Source of the DNA: Octopus bimaculoides | Lineage: Eukaryota | DNA: 64,000 bases | Assembly: GCF_001194135.2 (NCBI RefSeq) | Contig: NC_068982.1 | Coordinates: 177,887,037-177,951,036 of the forward strand | Reading direction: 5' to 3' | In this document: piece by piece, positions 61,650 through 64,000 of the stretch | Layout: each line of letters opens with the position of its first letter | Numbering within the stretch: position 1 is the first letter of the stretch | Translations under genes and position numbers: made by a program | The notes under the pieces: model-generated | Database searches by the model: none | Seen by the model: only the letters and a program-made list of their open reading frames with translations | Told to the model about the DNA's origin: nothing

Positions 61650-63423
61650 AGATGCTTCTACCCTCTAGAATTAATTTTTTAATAGTTATGTTAAACCAAT
61701 ATATTGGTTTTGGTATGTTTTTGTAAATGCTTTTCTTTTCTTTTTTCCCTAGTATTTTATGCAATAACTTCACATTAATGGAAGATAAACAAGTTCTCTT
61801 TACTGATATAGCAGAAGGAGTTTCAGCATATGTGAGTAAATAAACTTAAACACTCTGCTTTACTTTTAATTTGCTAAAAATTCTATAATGGGGCAATGTT
61901 CTTACATATTGAACTATTTTATTAGGAAAACTACAGAAATATAACGGTAATTTTCAAAACCTCAGATCTATGGGTATTTAGAGCTGTGTAATTAATTGGA
62001 AAACATCTATGAAGAAAAGATAGCACCACCACCTTCTACTATGATTTACCAAGTCAAAGAAAATTGTATTAACTCATCAATTCCTCTCAAATTATTTTAG
62101 TCATGAGTAGTTTGAGAAGTATTGCACAGTTGCTTTGCATCTTAAGAGGCTTATTAGAAGTCTTATGGAAGAACATGGAATTCCAGTAATGATAAAGTAG
62201 ACTAAATGCCTTGTGATATTTAGTTATGTCTCTTTACATTCAGAGGTAAAATTGTACCTTTGAATATAAAGAGCTAATACTAAATGATTTGGTTTTCATC
62301 TTTAAAGTTGATGAAATAAATTCCAGTAATATGTCTGGGTTGATTCAATTTCCCAGACACTATTTCCTTTACAAATTACCTAGCCACTCTTCCCTTTACA
62401 AAGTATTTAGAGTCTCTTCCACATAAGTATGTGTAAAAGATTTTTGACTCTCCAACCTAGCAGTTCTAACTCATGCAAGCATGTAAAAGTGAATGTTAAA
62501 TAATGGTGATTATGGATAAAATGCCACTGATAAACATTTAAAAAAAAAGTTATTAGAACTCAGTGAAGTTTAATGAAATTATACTTTGATTGTTGTTAGT
62601 TTTAGTAGTATGGGTGGAGAATCTATTTGTACCATTATTAATTAATATTTAGCATTTTACAGTTAAGACTAAAAAAAATTCTTTCAGTTTTTTTGTTAAT
62701 AATAAGGGTAATAATATAACTTGCTAAAGTATGTTAATATTATTCTTCAGGTCTACCATTTCCTTTTATATGATTTACAAGCCCGTGGTTATGTTAGACC
62801 ATTTTGTATGGCATATGTCTCACCCGACTCCAAGTAAGTACTGCTTCTTAATAGCTATATCAAGAATATTAGTTTCTTTTAGAATATTAGATTCAAATTT
62901 AGATCACAGGAGATCTAATTTCCTTTATTGTAAAGTGCCCTTATACAGTCTGTAGCCAAGGAAACAGTGCAGCTTGTTCAAGCACAGAATTCCTGATCCC
63001 TAGCACAAGTTCAAATTCTACTTCTAGCATTGCACTATATAATTAAAATTTCATACTAACAACATCAATATCATTTATTCCTCTCCCCTTCTGATTAAAG
63101 AAGACCATATAACTGCTAGAGAAATTGTTATAGTAATTTAAGAAGGTTATATAGTAATTTAAGAAGGTTATATAGTAATTTAAGAAGGTTATATAGTAAT
63201 TTAAGAAGGTTATATAGTAATCAGAGAAGGCCCTATCATTTTGAGGTAGTTAACATCAATATAAAACGATATATCTCCAAAATTACATCTGAATTTAAAT
63301 ATATTTTCTTTTGTATATTTGAATTTGTTCAAAAGAAACATATCTTTAAATATTCTGACTAAATATTTATTTTTCAGGAAACTGATAACATTTTATAAAG
63401 AAATCCATAAAGCTTTTTCTAAA
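54899..63423 (+). CDS. SMCR8: SMCR8 (C9orf72-complex DENN/longin subunit), N-terminal 163 codons; 3' end outside the window
   Basis: Exons 54899-55090, 57369-57457, 61753-61831, 62751-62833, 63378-63423 join in frame; DFVMVTEFSELEGPKPL, FAVKIMSVD and LYDLQARGYVRPFCMAYVS match human DFILISEFSEQVGPQPL, FSLRIMSVD and LYDLEARGFVRPFCMAYIS as recalled. Confidence 0.93.
57369..57457 (+). CDS. SMCR8: SMCR8 coding exon 2
   Basis: FVQPSEGIGHFDINAFAVKIMSVDHQPPK; TAG/GTAAGT. Confidence 0.92.
57954..59285 (-). mobile_element. Probable solo LTR interrupted by an assembly gap
   Basis: TGTAAG left end; minus-strand TATA (59116-59125), CCAAT and AATAAA (58156-58161); ACGCT at both flanks (57948-57952, 59285-59289); right end is not a clean CA. 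Confidence 0.4.
58329..59004. other. Assembly gap (N run)
   Basis: N characters. Confidence 1.
61305..61474. repeat. Near-perfect 170-bp inverted repeat (hairpin)
   Basis: Two stems of about 25 and 43 bp around a 9-nt loop CAGTTTTGT. Confidence 0.9.
61753..61831 (+). CDS. SMCR8: SMCR8 coding exon 3
   Basis: ILCNNFTLMEDKQVLFTDIAEGVSAY; TAG/GTGAGT. Confidence 0.92.
62751..62833 (+). CDS. SMCR8: SMCR8 coding exon 4
   Basis: VYHFLLYDLQARGYVRPFCMAYVSPDS; CAG/GTAAGT. Confidence 0.96.
63127..63230 (+). repeat. 21-bp minisatellite (TTATATAGTAATTTAAGAAGG), about 4.5 copies
   Basis: Direct tandem copies without spacers. Confidence 0.9.
63378..63423 (+). CDS. SMCR8: SMCR8 coding exon 5
   Basis: KLITFYKEIHKAFSK; CAG/GTAAGT, phase consistent. 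Confidence 0.85.
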
Positions 63424-64000
63424 GTAAGTAATATTTGAAAATATTTTTTTAAAAATTAATCAACACTCATTAAATCTCCAAATTCAGTTAAAGTATACAT
63501 GATTTGTTAACTTGTTTATTTTTAACATTTTAAATATAATGAAAAACAGGTTGTTTTTATTTCAAGTTTATTGTCATTGTATAGAAACACTTGGCAAATG
63601 ATATGGATCCCATTTTGCTGGAACAGAACATTCTTAACATTGACATTACACTGCATAAATAAAAGCTAAGTGTCTTACTTATAGATACAGTGCAATGTTG
63701 GTTTCAGGTTATGTACCATCATCATTTCTGGAAATTATCTCTCCTTTTCTTGGAGAAGATCCAAGAATTACCACTATATTTTTGTGTTTTCTCCCCAAAT
63801 AAGAGGTAAATTTCAATTCATCTAAAGATTTTTGCATACATCATTCAGTATATCACTTTCTGAATTATTTCAAGTTAAATTTGTTTCCATTTCATTATGT
63901 ATAATCATAATAATAAATACATATGTTATATGCAAAAGTAATCTATACTTCATGCTACAAATTCACCACCCTTATTATCTCCAACCATTCTTATAAAAAT

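Noticed and set aside
63127-63230. CRISPR-like array
   Set aside because: Contiguous repeats with no spacers, in a eukaryotic intron; a minisatellite
63708-63805. Next SMCR8 coding exon (TTTCAG|GTTATG...)
   Set aside because: Translation VMYHHHFWKLSL shows no resemblance to the expected SMCR8 continuation; the next exon is probably outside the window

Overview
AT-rich, repeat-dense eukaryotic genomic DNA with five N-gaps; the repeat families suggest a coleoid cephalopod, most likely Octopus (inference). Three intron-containing genes were assembled by hand from GT-AG exons whose phases all join in frame. (1) DYNLT1/Tctex-1 dynein light chain, + strand, 5 exons, 715-17394, 113 aa, complete. 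(2) CCDC174, - strand, 11 exons, 39267-17661, 546 aa, complete and convergent with DYNLT1; only 266 bp separate the two stop codons. (3) SMCR8, + strand, first 5 coding exons at 54899-63423 (163 codons), continuing beyond the window. Introns and intergenic DNA are full of decayed RTE and CR1/Jockey-like LINEs, tRNA-derived SINEs, a Tc1/mariner remnant, several MITEs and a probable solo LTR. Nearly all ORFs in the supplied track are repeat-derived, gap artefacts or chance ORFs. The most notable non-gene signals are a minimal type I hammerhead ribozyme motif, in sense orientation in CCDC174 intron 8; a TIR element centred on a telomere-repeat palindrome; two large foldback hairpins; and uORFs ending next to the start codons of CCDC174 and SMCR8. 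Family names for proteins and repeats come from recalled motifs, not database searches. TE boundaries are approximate.
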